Origin: Ancylonema sp.
Lineage: Eukaryota
Assembly: GCA_050230475.1 (NCBI GenBank)
Contig: JBFLGF010000119.1
Coordinates: 53,526-73,525, forward strand
Length of the DNA stretch: 20,000 bases
Reading direction: 5' to 3'
The notes beneath the pieces are model-generated. The model ran no database searches. It was not told where the DNA came from and saw nothing but the letters and a program-made list of their open reading frames with translations. Shown piece by piece: positions 1-14,676 of the stretch. Within the stretch, counting starts at the first letter, position 1. Every line of letters begins with the position of its first letter. The position numbers and the translations under genes were made by a program.

Positions 1-224
1 ACATAATGACCCGGTTTGAAGAATTGAGTTAATTTAACGAAGAAACCACCACTTGACCCAACCCGCGCACCCAATATAAAATTTCCGAAAATCCTGAAAA
101 ATATTTATAATGTGGTGACCCACATTATAGAATGACCCACTTTTTAAAAAAATTGAATTATTTAATTTGACCAGACCCACCCTTTTCATAATTATTTGCT
201 GGTCATTATGTGTGGCCAATACGG
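1..224. mobile_element. Small MITE-like element; left end lies just outside the window
   Basis: ACATAATGACC (1-11) is the exact reverse complement of GGTCATTATGT (201-211). There are repeated TGACC(C) motifs inside. The right end reads CCGTATTGGCC.. on the minus strand, reminiscent of Tc1/mariner (Tc2/pogo-like) termini. TSD not verifiable. Confidence 0.4.
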
Positions 225-235
225 TTTATACACAG

Positions 236-403
236 TATAACGACATTCAGTAACAAATTTCTGACATAATTTGTCGTTATATAGAGTGTCGTTATGCTAA
301 TATCGAGGGCGATTTCATATTGATTAAAAAAAAAAACCTAAAAACTGTCGTTATATCGAGGTTGTCGTTATAAAGAGGGTCGTTATATCGAGGGAGCACT
401 GTA
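236..403. mobile_element. Right end of a pogo/Tigger-like (Tc1/mariner) non-autonomous element
   Basis: Five GTCGTTAT subterminal repeats (273-386) end in ...GTCGTTATATCGAGGGAGCACTG|TA. The reverse complement, TA|CAGTGCTCCCTCGATATAACGAC, matches the typical CAGT-N-CCTCG-N-TAACG terminus of pogo/Tigger-type MITEs with a TA target site. Confidence 0.6.
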
Positions 404-1195
404 TGTGCTCAACAACATTTCCGATCGTTGTACACTGAGCGCATCAATCTAGAACTTTACTCCCCAAAAAAAAAATGTGCTCTTCCCACAAATAGCCTTC
501 TTTCCATGGAAAAATTTCTTCCGCAGCCACCTTCCCTCTGCATATGGTCTCCTGGTTTTGCTTCCTGACCATTGAACTACAAAAGTTACACGTACCCACA
601 CCTCATCTCTCCCCCGCCCCCCATGACTCCTCAATCCAGACGAGATCCAAGCAACAATTCAGCCATAAGCATGGCCAGTCCTGGACAGTCAGAGCAACAT
701 GGTCCCCTCACAAAAATAGAACCCCCCAAAGCACCCCCCCCCCATGATTTCCTGTCCTACACACCCCTGCAACACACAGCACCCACCCCCAACCCCCCCC
801 CACCCCCACCCCCCACCCCCCAAACGAAACAAGATGACAGCAAGGCAGCCAGCCGGAGGCAAGCAGAGCAGGGCAGCAGGGGGTGAACTGAAGCCTTGTT
901 GACGAGAAAACAGCTGTCCCTGCCTGCCCTGCCACCTGGCACTCAAGCTTTGTGCCTTCCTGTCATACCAAAGGACACAGTCACAGACCACCATCCCATT
1001 CCCCACCCAACCAAGAAAAATAGAGTCATATATCGGCACAATATGTCATCACAAAACAGCAGAAAGACATGTCATGAATGATGCATCCACTATCCTCGTG
1101 TGCCATATTTAGCATCAATGTTCACCATGCCCGCTTTCTCGAAAACAGATCTCCAGCCTTTGCGTGGACTTTACCTGTTCGCAGATTCCACCTGA

Positions 1196-4972
<3,777 letters not shown>

Positions 4973-5144
4973 TGTTCCGCGCAGAACAGGTCGAGCTCTG
5001 CCAGCCCGTGTTATCCGCACCTTATCTCCAAAGCGAATAGCTTTCCTTCAGCTGTTAACCCACTGCGCGATCGGTCTCCTTTCTTCTCCGGTCTGAGTGC
5101 GAAATGTCGAAGGAATTTTGCACGGGTGCACGTGGGGTTTAAGA

Positions 5145-6540
5145 TAGTGATCGGGTAGCCCGCGAGCCCGCGAGCTTGCGGGCTCCGAGTCCGTGATCCT
5201 GAATGATCCTGCGGGCTCGCAATCTTCGGGCTCAAAGGGCTCCGAGCTCCTAGGGGCTCGTGGCAAGGGCTCTGGCGGGCTCGGACGGGCTCAAATGGGC
5301 TCGTTGACTTTTGGCCGTTCTGGCTCGTCTTGAAAAAACCATGAAAGCCCGTAGACCATAGTGGAAAAGTGGCCTCTCACTAATGAATTCATGTCAAGTT
5401 CAGGACCCCTCCCTTTCGATGACGGAAGTTGTTCCGAGTCATTGTTTACCTATTTATCTAAATAGGGAGAAATATTGTCTCAAATTGTAGACCTATAAGA
5501 ACGAGAGTTGGGAGTTGGGAGTTGCAAAAATGCAATGGGTAGTGTATTTCAAATCTGATTGGTACGCTGGTTTATTTAGGTAATGTCTTAAGCTCGAATG
5601 TGGTTGTATGGATCTAGCACTTCCTTGAGATATAGTACATCGGTGTGAATCTCGTAAGACTTCTCTAACTAAATATTAATTGATTGAGGCTTATCGGCTA
5701 CGACACGATCGGTTCCAAATGTCTTTGAACCACTTTCTATGTGAATAAGAGGGGCAACAGGTTGTTATTCAGGTTGATATTTAGGTCGGAATCAACCCAA
5801 ACGTATGATTTCACAGAGTGATTGGTTGGTGGTTCGGTAGAGTGTTGGGCTAACAATTCAATGGTGTACATTTTCATTTCGTTTCAATATCATGCTAATA
5901 AATATACATTTGAAAAATTGATTCTCGTATGCATGCTCGAAATGAAAGTATCAAAACCTTGGAGTGGATCTCGTCTTACAACGCATTATCCCCAAAGTTG
6001 AACAAAGCCCAAAACATTAACGAAACCTCCAAGGTTTTTTGGGTTTTATTGTACTAATTATGAGTAGATGTAAAAACCACCAATTTTGTTGTTGTATGTA
6101 TGCTTGTGTGGAGGTGCTCGTGTGTGTGTGTGTGCGGAAATGCATGAATCGGTTTGATACATCAACGCATCTATTAAGAGCATGTCGCTCTTTAAACATT
6201 GTCCGTTCATCAAAGGACTTGCACATTCATATTATAACTCCAACAAATAGCATATGTCATATGTTGGGATATGACATATGCGTTTATACGCATTCATATG
6301 AACAGAGTTGGGCACATCACGTGTTTTGTTTTTCGTTTTTTGTTTGTTTTTTCTAATCGAATGAATCTAAAAAAATACGGAGCCCGTACGTTTTTCCATA
6401 GGGAGCCCGTCGAGCCCGCGAGCCCTTCTTGAGCTCGTTGGGCTCCAAGAGCCCGTTGACCTCGGCGAGCCCGTCCGGGCTCGGAGGTACGAGCCCGTTT
6501 AAGGAGCCCGTTGGGCTCGCGAGCCTGGACCCGGAGCCTA
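5145..6540. mobile_element. Non-autonomous DNA transposon (hAT-like architecture) with GGGCTC/GAGCCC subterminal repeats
   Basis: About nine GGGCTC at 5180-5302 and about eight GAGCCC at 6380-6509, in opposite orientation. Imperfect termini TAGTGATCGGGT.. and (reverse complement) TAGGCTCCGGGT... AT-rich non-coding interior. Flanking degenerate direct repeat GGGGTTTAAGA (5134-5144) / GGGATTTACGA (6541-6551). Confidence 0.7.
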
Positions 6541-7666
6541 GGGATTTACGATTCTTACCGAGGAAGCGGGTTCATAACTATTTCTGAAGCTGAACAACAA
6601 AGATGCGCATCTTCGATACACATGGACAACATGGACGATCAAATCGGAAGTAGGAACCTCTAGCTCTCGCTGCTTTTTATCACGTCTATATATCTCTAGC
6701 TACTACCCAAGCCAAGCCTCCGTCCCATCCAATGCATGCATGGCTACATGCAATTTACTCAAGCATTCTTTAGTAGTGAGCCTTCGCATAACCACCACCA
6801 TGTCATTCTCCTCTACCAACAATTTCGTCTTGAGATTCAACATTAATCTCCGACTTCAGCTCTCACTTCTCATTACAGATTCGGGTTCCTTTTGTAAATC
6901 ATTAGATAGGTCGTCATCTCCACATGCATCAAGATGGAGGGAAGACACTTCCGATTACATTTTTTTGTCGAATCCCTACAACTGCTTTCAAAACTTACTG
7001 TAACGCGATCATTTGCAAAGTTGGCACATGACCAATGCCCCACTTTTTTCTCGCGTTGATGTTTCTTAGCATGCTCCTCAGTGGAGGACGTTTTGGATAT
7101 CAACTATGACTAAGTATCTAGTAGATACTATCTACAACCATGGTAGCTCTCTAAAGACCCTATTATACATATAGTATCATGTAAGTATCATATAGTAGTA
7201 AATGCATCTTCCCATCAAGTAACACATGGAAAAATATTTTCCCACTTCACAACCCTTCGAACATTGAATTCTGCGAAAACTACTGAAATTTTGTCATATA
7301 TCATATTTGATAGATGTACAACTTCTATAATTTGCTTCGACATAAATCATTTGCGCTTCGAGCAAGCTTATTGCAAGTTACATTCTCAAGAATCTCGCGA
7401 TCGAGTGATTGCTTTTTTTTCGTTTTTATCTCCAACACATGCATCATGCATCATGCCTGAATTGATGTAGATGGCTTGGTTTTTTCACTCAGCTGTAGAA
7501 AGATTGATAGCGTTCGCCAACATTTCCAAGAGTCACCTCTACTAATGATAACGAGGCGCGTCTAACACGGAACGCAATAAAGGCGGAAAAGAAAACGTGG
7601 TTTGCTTTTTTCACTTGTGTGTCTTGCATCTTCCGTCCACAACATGTCTCTCTTGCAACCATTTCA

Positions 7667-7951
7667 TAGTTGGGCCCGATCCGATCCGGGAATATCCGAT
7701 CTACGATCGATCCAAATCGAAACGGTCCGATCCGGATCGGAGGCGCCAGTCATTAGGTGTAGTCGATAGGAAAAAAAGTTTGTATGCACTCATAGTGGCG
7801 TAAAACCCCTAAAACCGTGTTTTCCCCTTCTTTTCTTTTCTGTTTCAGTTAAGACCAATCCAATCGAAATATGTCCAATCCGGCGCGGATCCGGATCCGG
7901 ATCCGGATCCGGATCCGGATCCGGGAGCGGGATGGATCATGCGAAACACTA
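7667..7951. mobile_element. MITE-like remnant with ATCCG/CGGAT subterminal repeats, including (GGATCC)6
   Basis: Clustered CCGAT/ATCCG motifs at 7675-7740, a perfect (GGATCC)6 at 7887-7922, and TAG...CTA candidate ends. No convincing TIR pair or TSD. Confidence 0.5.
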
Positions 7952-8514
7952 AACTATTTTATACCTATGCTAGAAATTGCCTATACAAGCCTATACAAAG
8001 CCTATACAAAGAAATTGGTTTTTGTCGATGAAAAAATATACACAAATGAATAAATAACTTCACTATAATGGACTTGAACGAGAAGGTTAAAAGCGATGCA
8101 CTCCACAGTACAGGCACACCAGCCAACACAAGACACCGTAGAAGTATTTTGGGGAATGGACGTACCTCGGGTATCGGGAGACTGCAGAAGATATTGGACT
8201 GTAATCATTAACAATGTCAAGAATTGTCAGACGAGGTGCATCTCCCACCCCACACATGCACGCGAAAGAAATCGCAAAAAGTAAGTAGTTCCATCTCGCG
8301 TCCGTGTATGGCACGATGTAGACCAACAAAAAAATAAATAAATGATTGGTCATCTATCAAATGTCGCCACTCCCCACAAGCATGCATCGCCGCCCGACAC
8401 GTCTCACGACATACATTCCCACCACACGACTTCGCTTACGAAACACACATCACCTTCCACGTCAGCACATTGTCACGGACGACAAACGACGCAACATTTT
8501 GATGCTGAGAGAGC

Positions 8515-9414
8515 TCACATGTTGTTCGAGAAATTGAATGACGCGGTGAACCACGAGGGCCTATCGCGGTTATAACGGGCCATGTACTTGTTCGGAGGAA
8601 CGTAGTGGGGCCCAACTCGGCTTCGCACGCACGAAGTGAAGTTCGGATTGGCTTTCCGAATCACGGAGTCGGCGTTCACACCGAAATCCATCCCCGCGTA
8701 ATTCCTGAACCCCGCCGTGGCCGCGTCGTACGAAGAGTTCCCGACCGCGTTCATTCCGAACACGACCTTGGTTTGGTCGCAGTTGAGGAAGGAAGGGGCC
8801 ACTGGCGTGTCAACAAGCACGAGTTGGACGGAATTTCCAGTGGGGATGCCGCTGCAGTTCCCGGTGACGGCAAGGGAGGAGACAGATCACCTTCGGGGTT
8901 ACAGGATTGCCCGTTGTACGCGGTCTGCTGGCAGAAGTTGTTGAGCCAAGGGAATTGCTGCATGCCAAGTTGTTTTGGAAGTCAGAATACCTCCGAGGTC
9001 GATTCTGCGCAAACGTTGCACACAATCCCCAACGGCACAAATGCAAATGAAAGATTCAAGTGGATCAAGTGGAGGGAAGGGAAGAGGAGGCCGCACCAAC
9101 CTCCCCTCCATGCAGAACACCCTTCATATACATCATTCATCCTTCATCATTCATCATTCATCACTCATCATTCATCATTCATCATTCATCATTCATCAAC
9201 CATCATTCATCATTCATCATTCATCATTCATCACTCATCATTCATCATTCATCATTCATCATTCATCAACCATCATTCATCATTCATCATTCATCATCCA
9301 TTATTCATTGTTCATTATTCATCATTCATCATCCATTATTCATTGTTCATTATTCATCATTCATCATTCATCATTCATCCTTCACCATTCATCATTCATC
9401 ATCTATCATTCATC

Positions 9415-9480
<66 letters not shown>

Positions 9481-12079
9481 CATCCTTCATCCTTCACCAT
9501 TCCTTCTCCATTCCTTCTCCTACCTTTTGCAAGATGTCGGTATTGAAGTATTGCACCCGTGATTTCTCCCAATAGGTCCCTGGGTCCATCTCGCAGATGT
9601 TGACATTGTAGTTTTGGCAGCTCAACCACCCGGAACGACCCCCTGTGCGGACCATCAAAAGGTCGCGGATCACGTTCCTAGGGGGGACACAAAAGGGACC
9701 AAAGCACAACAATGAGCGCACGGACAGTTATAACGAGAAATGAAACAAGACCTTTCTTCTATGACAACCAGAAGCTTCTTACAACTTGGATCTCGAGCCC
9801 CTGAAACGGAGAACACACTTAGTTTGTCCCACTCTTCCGGACATCGAGTGGGTACGTACTCCGTCTCCGTTGTCGTAGCACGCCCCGCCCTCCACCACCA
9901 CTCCCGAGGTGCAGTAGTCGAGGTAGTAGCAGTGGCCAGGGCCGCTCACGTAGTTACAACGGAGGCGGTTATCTAGGAACAAATACAAAAATAAAGAAAG
10001 GGGGGATGCGGGGGGGGTAAATATGAGGCGCCGCCCAACGCCCCAACCTAACATCCCAATCATCACAACCCTCAAGCACCCCCGAAAATGAGATCCTGGA
10101 TTGTGGGACTCAATATCGGCAAGTTTGGAGTGGCAGTGCCTAGTGGCCACGCACCCGGGTTAAACCAGTGCAGGTCGAAGTAGATCCCCGCCCCATCTGT
10201 GTTGAACCCCTGCTGCGCGATGCTCCCCTCGTTGGTCACCAAGTTGTAGTCGAACGAATTTGCAAAGCAGTCCCCCGTATTGTGCACGCCGAATCCGCAC
10301 ACGATCCCCGCAAAGAGGAAGCCGTGGATGTGGTTGTGCCGCAAAATGTTGCCCACCGCACCATAGCTCAAAAAAACGCCAACGTCCAACTGGTCGCCTA
10401 CACACAGACAATAGGCAATGGACATGAGCAATTGGCAATAGGAAATAGGCAATAAGTAATAGGCGATAGGGGGGCATGAGGTACCTACCACCAAGAGACA
10501 CAGAAACTGTGCGGGGCCAGTGTAGATTTCCAATTGCAATACCATTCCAAGTGCATGAGACTTTATGGTCTCATGACTGGTGGTGCAATCTTGACTTTAG
10601 TGACGGGTGCATGAGACGTGGGCAGGATTGGTGACAGGACAATCATATATCGTATATCGTATATCGTATATCGTATATCGTATATCGTATACCGTATACC
10701 GTATACCGTATATCGTATGTCATGTATCGTAAATCGTATATAATTGTTTGCGGCCATGAGAGTCACCTGTGATGACGCAATTGGAGACCTCGTTGAGGCC
10801 TTTGTTGAGGGAAGGGCCGTAACCCGTGAACGCAATCACAATACTCCCAGGATTGGCCGGTTGCCGCCCCATAGATGTCACTTGGAGGCTGTCCAGCGTG
10901 CAGAAGGCGGCTCGGTTCAAGTCAATGCGGCCCGTGATGAGGGCCTACAACAACACGGGGGGGTAGGAGGGAGAAAGTGTGGGACAGTTGGGTGGGGATG
11001 AGTGAGGCACCCCCCCCCCCCCCCCTCGTGTCTTTCCTACCTTGGCCACAGTGATGTGGTGCGACTCGAAGATGAAGATCGCGGGACAAACGTTTTGCCA
11101 CTGCACCATCTGTGGCAGAATGGTGCACGGGGCGGCGTTGGGGAGGGGGATGGCGAATCCAATCCCGATCATGACAATGTTCTGAGTGCCAACCACCCTC
11201 ACAGCTGGCGCGTCGTTGTGGGGCCAGGTGAGGACGGGACGGGCGGACGGGTTGGCAGCTTTCAGAATGGTGCACGAAAAGTTGGATCCAAGGACCAGGG
11301 GCTCCTCCAGGGTCATGTTGTCGTAGAATAGGAGAGTGGCACTCAGATTTGAGCCGTACTTCACCCGGGTTAGAATGTCTGCGTAGGTGTGAACGGGGAT
11401 TGTGGGCCCACCCGCCTGGCAGGGGGCGGAGGATGATCCTGGACTCGACACTGGCCAGGGTGGGAGGGAGGGGAGATGGGAGACAGGAGACGGAGTTGGT
11501 ATTGAGATTGCTGGAACGGCTATGACGATTCACGGGGCAAGCAGGATGATTCGTGGCCGAACAGGTGTAGGGAGGGGCTCTGTTTGTGTCTCGATGGGAA
11601 GCGGGAACAACGAAAAAATATTGAAGGGTATGGTTCAAAAATTCCGGTAATGGAATGTACGGGGTGTGATAAACGGCAGAGGAGCTTGAAATAAGGGACC
11701 ACCTCCTCGTTGGGGTCTGAGTCATAGTGATGAATTTAATGGGCGAATGGTTATGTCACGTGGCCTTCACAATACTTGTTGGGCCAAACTGACCTGCGAG
11801 CAAGCAGCAGAGTAAAGCGAGCGGTACGGAGGCGGGAAGAGGGCCGCAAAGGATCTGAAAGCTACAGCAGGCGAGGAGCTTAGAAGTGTAGAGGAGGTGT
11901 ACTTCAGAGTGTGCATGAACGCAAAAGATTTGGGGCACAGAACATGCCTGATGACAATCATGAGGGTACAAAGAATTTGAAACCCGTCTGTGCGCGAAGC
12001 GTACACACGGGGTACTGAGAACTCCGCCCCCCGTGTACAGAGGAAAAGCCACATCAGATTTATTTCCGCCAGAAGCCAT
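8515..12079 (-). CDS. Cysteine-rich right-handed parallel beta-helix (pectin lyase fold-like) protein, probably secreted; possibly pseudogenised or misassembled
   Basis: Proposed exons: 12079(?)-11794, 11450-11041, 10944-10767, 10397-10155, 9972-9860, 9677-9524, 8957-8515. The first five are GT-AG and phase-consistent. Motifs GNILRHNHIHG, DGAGIYFDLHWFNPDNRLRCNYV, HCYYLDYCTSGVVVEG and NVIRD resemble PbH1 beta-helix repeats. Hydrophobic SVPLALLCCLLAV lies near the N-terminus. The 9860/9677 junction is out of phase and the last exon needs a frameshift near 8875. Start codon uncertain. Confidence 0.7.
9122..9500. repeat. Heptamer tandem array (TTCATCA)n, intronic
   Basis: Directly visible degenerate array; it explains the IIHHSSF pseudo-ORFs in all three frames. 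Confidence 0.95.
10410..10469. repeat. Degenerate heptamer array (AATAGGC)n, intronic, just upstream of the 10397 acceptor
   Basis: AATAGGC, AATTGGC, AATAGGA, AATAGGC, AATAAGT, AATAGGC and GATAGGG units are visible. Confidence 0.7.
10645..10741. repeat. Heptamer tandem array (ATATCGT/ATACCGT)n, intronic
   Basis: Directly visible. Confidence 0.95.
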
Positions 12080-12511
12080 GATGGACCATTGTTAACAAAA
12101 ACTCATGCCGATATGCTCAAGCCTACATCTGCTCTTTCAACGGTGGCGTTCCGTGAATTCAAACCGCACTCCTGCCGCACTCCGATGATATCAGTCCCCT
12201 CAAATACCGGGGGGCCATCCAGCTTAACTGCTCACCCTAGTTATTGAACGCGTCCGTGACTGTGCGCGATTAGAAGACGCCATTGACAGCAAGGACACCG
12301 AGCGAGCGTCACCGGGATCTCAAGAACATTTGTTGCTCGAAAGATTGTAACCAGCAAAAAGCTCAGACTATGTCAGAGACCGTTCAACTTCCTCCTCCCA
12401 ATGAAAAAGAGGCTACGAGCGCTCCAATCGACGCCCTTAAGCTGGTCTCCATCACGTAAACGCACGTGGAACCCAATGCGCTGTAGGAGCCTGAGCTGTC
12501 GATGCTTACCT

Positions 12512-12819
12512 TTGACCCGACTGAAAGTCAACGCAATGCGACGGAAAGTGAGAGGAAGGCTGCAGGTCCAATCTCCTGCCCCACAGAGGTCAAAGGTCAA
12601 AGGTCAAATGGTCCACAACAAGTGCAACCGTATCCGTTTGCTGAGCAGTACGGAGGTGTGATTAATCGGGGCGGGTGGCGGACAAGGCAGCTTTCCGCCA
12701 CCTCCCATCCACGCGCCATGAAGAGAGGAAAGTTTCAGGCGTCCTTCCGCACTCCAGACGTTGCCACTCGACAGCATGACAGAGGACATCGCATGTAGAG
12801 GCCCCGCATTCTGTTGACT
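12512..12819. promoter_or_regulatory. Cluster of six W-box (TTGACY) motifs in the divergent intergenic region
   Basis: TTGACC 12512-12517, AGTCAA 12526-12531, GGTCAA x3 in (AGGTCAA)3 at 12587-12607, TTGACT 12814-12819. Function is inferred only. Confidence 0.35.
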
Positions 12820-12903
12820 GCGAAAGGAACGCTGTGACCCTTCGCTCATGCCTTTTGCCATCACGGGATATTTCGGATGCTGCAAATATAGGAACTTCAC
12901 AGA

Positions 12904-14645
12904 ATGTGGATTCCCAGCATGTTTACACAATGTCGGGCATTGCTGAACCGCGGTATTCAAACAGCTGGTCCTCGCCGCTGTGTCATCATCTTCCCTGGCT
13001 GCTCACATTCTGACACCACGCCGACAGTTGCCAATCAAACAAATTCCAATGTAGCAACCAGAAGCACTCTCAAACTTGAGCGCGAACATTATACCACGAC
13101 ATTGCCCACGTTCTGCACGGCTGCCGAAAGCATTGGTCCACCGTCCTGCAGTTTGTTCAAAATCCTTCGCCAGTCTGCCGCTTGCTTCACCTCCTCGGCC
13201 CATGTTTCCAACGCGGCGAAACTAAGTGCTAGCGCTTTGGAACGCGAGAAGTCGTGGCCGTCCCGCGGCATCCATGTCTTCCAATGCCCAGTAAGCTGCT
13301 GCACCCCGCTATACCAAAGGCGCTCATCCTGTTCCAAACAGCGTTGCCACTTCCATTCACCATATCACTCTGGGCATGATCAAATGACACATTGCTGGAC
13401 GCGTCTGTGTTCTGCTCACGCTTTCCACAACGAGTCTCAATCGTTCCAGTTGCGTCCTTATCTTCGAACCAGGTTACTATTTAGCGAGTCTGGTGTGCAA
13501 TACAATCTCACAACAATCAAGGGCAAACGCAAATCAATCAAAAAATCAAACCCAAAAACTCCGACACATCACGTGCTTGTGTTTCCCCCCCATCTCGCCC
13601 TACATCCCCCTCACATTTCCTCCTCGTCACCACTGCCCCCCTTCCTCTCTTTGTACCAGGACCAGTTGGGAGTCGTGGCCAAAATATCTGAATGCGTGGC
13701 TCGTGGAGGAGCCAACATTTTGAACGTGGACCTCCACATCGATTTCGAGGCGGAGCGACCGGTGTTCTATTCTCGAAGGTACTCCCCCGCTGGGTTCCTA
13801 TTCACTCCTGCGCTCCTCCCTTGGATGCCACTGGAGAGGTCGTGAATATTCTGTCACTTCTGCCACCAGTCCTTGCTGGCTTTTTGCCAGCGTACACGCG
13901 CGGCAGAAGTGTTTGTGCCGTGTGAGTGTGCATGCGGCGGAAATGGTTTTGACACGTGGGTCTCAGTGAGTTTGCATTCGATCCAGAGAGATGGCCCAGG
14001 GACGTCATGGACAGGGATTTTGGACAGCTGGCAGGACAGGTGGCGGCATCTCAGTCCCTGACGTATGTTTCAGGAACGGATAAGCCTCCCAAGATGGCAG
14101 TGCTGGCCAGCAAGCAGGTGGGGGGTCGACCTGGCAGATCCTCCTTGTCCGCTGTATCACAGAGAGGGGTGGGGAAAAGGCTCACAAATCACACCCTTTT
14201 ACAGTAAAGAGATATAGTTTCATGAATTCTAATTGTTGGATTGCGGTTCTCCTTCCACCTTTGTTTGAGCATCATTGATGGCACAACTGTAACATGTGAG
14301 CTCTTGCACTCAAATTCGGTTCGACGCACTCTGCGAGATATGATGTTTTTCACATTCAGAGTCCTATTATTGTTCTCTGATCATTTCTCCATCATATTCT
14401 AAATGCTTACCACATATAATTCAGTTACACGCCTCTGCTGTGAATCTCTCCCTGCCAAGGACCCTCTCATCTTGCTGAGGTGGCTGGAGGGTGGGGTGGT
14501 TGGGTGATCCTCAGGATCACTGCTTGGTGGACTTACTGTATAAGTGGCAGGAGGGGGAGCTGGGGGTGGACATTGCATGTGTGGTGAGGTGCGCATTATC
14601 ATCATCATCATCACCATCACCATCATCACCATCATCACCATCATC

Positions 14646-14676
<31 letters not shown>

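Noticed and set aside
572..886. Proline-rich 104-aa plus-strand ORF
   Set aside because: Non-ATG start, driven by C-runs, no recognisable domain; probably antisense to the SR45 3' UTR.
5145..6540. Spaced short repeats as a CRISPR-like array
   Set aside because: Repeats are 6-8 bp, irregularly spaced and inverted between the two ends, in a eukaryotic context; this fits transposon subterminal repeats.
6740..7560. Possible decayed transposase on the minus strand
   Set aside because: Only short stop-interrupted frames with no motif I can recognise.
7800..7818. TAAAACCCCTAAAACC telomere-like motif
   Set aside because: Only about two imperfect units; not distinguishable from chance.
8975..9575. 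Long plus-strand ORFs with IIHHSSF repeats
   Set aside because: Stop-free heptamer array in an intron of the minus-strand gene; the same peptide appears in all three frames.
12587..12607. AGGTCA direct repeats as a nuclear-receptor DR1 element
   Set aside because: The genes are plant-type and plants lack nuclear receptors; the W-box reading or a simple tandem repeat is more plausible.
14338..14385. Box C/D snoRNA-like ATGATGT...CTGA in PurU intron 3
   Set aside because: Non-canonical C box, only ~40 nt between the boxes and no recognisable rRNA guide.
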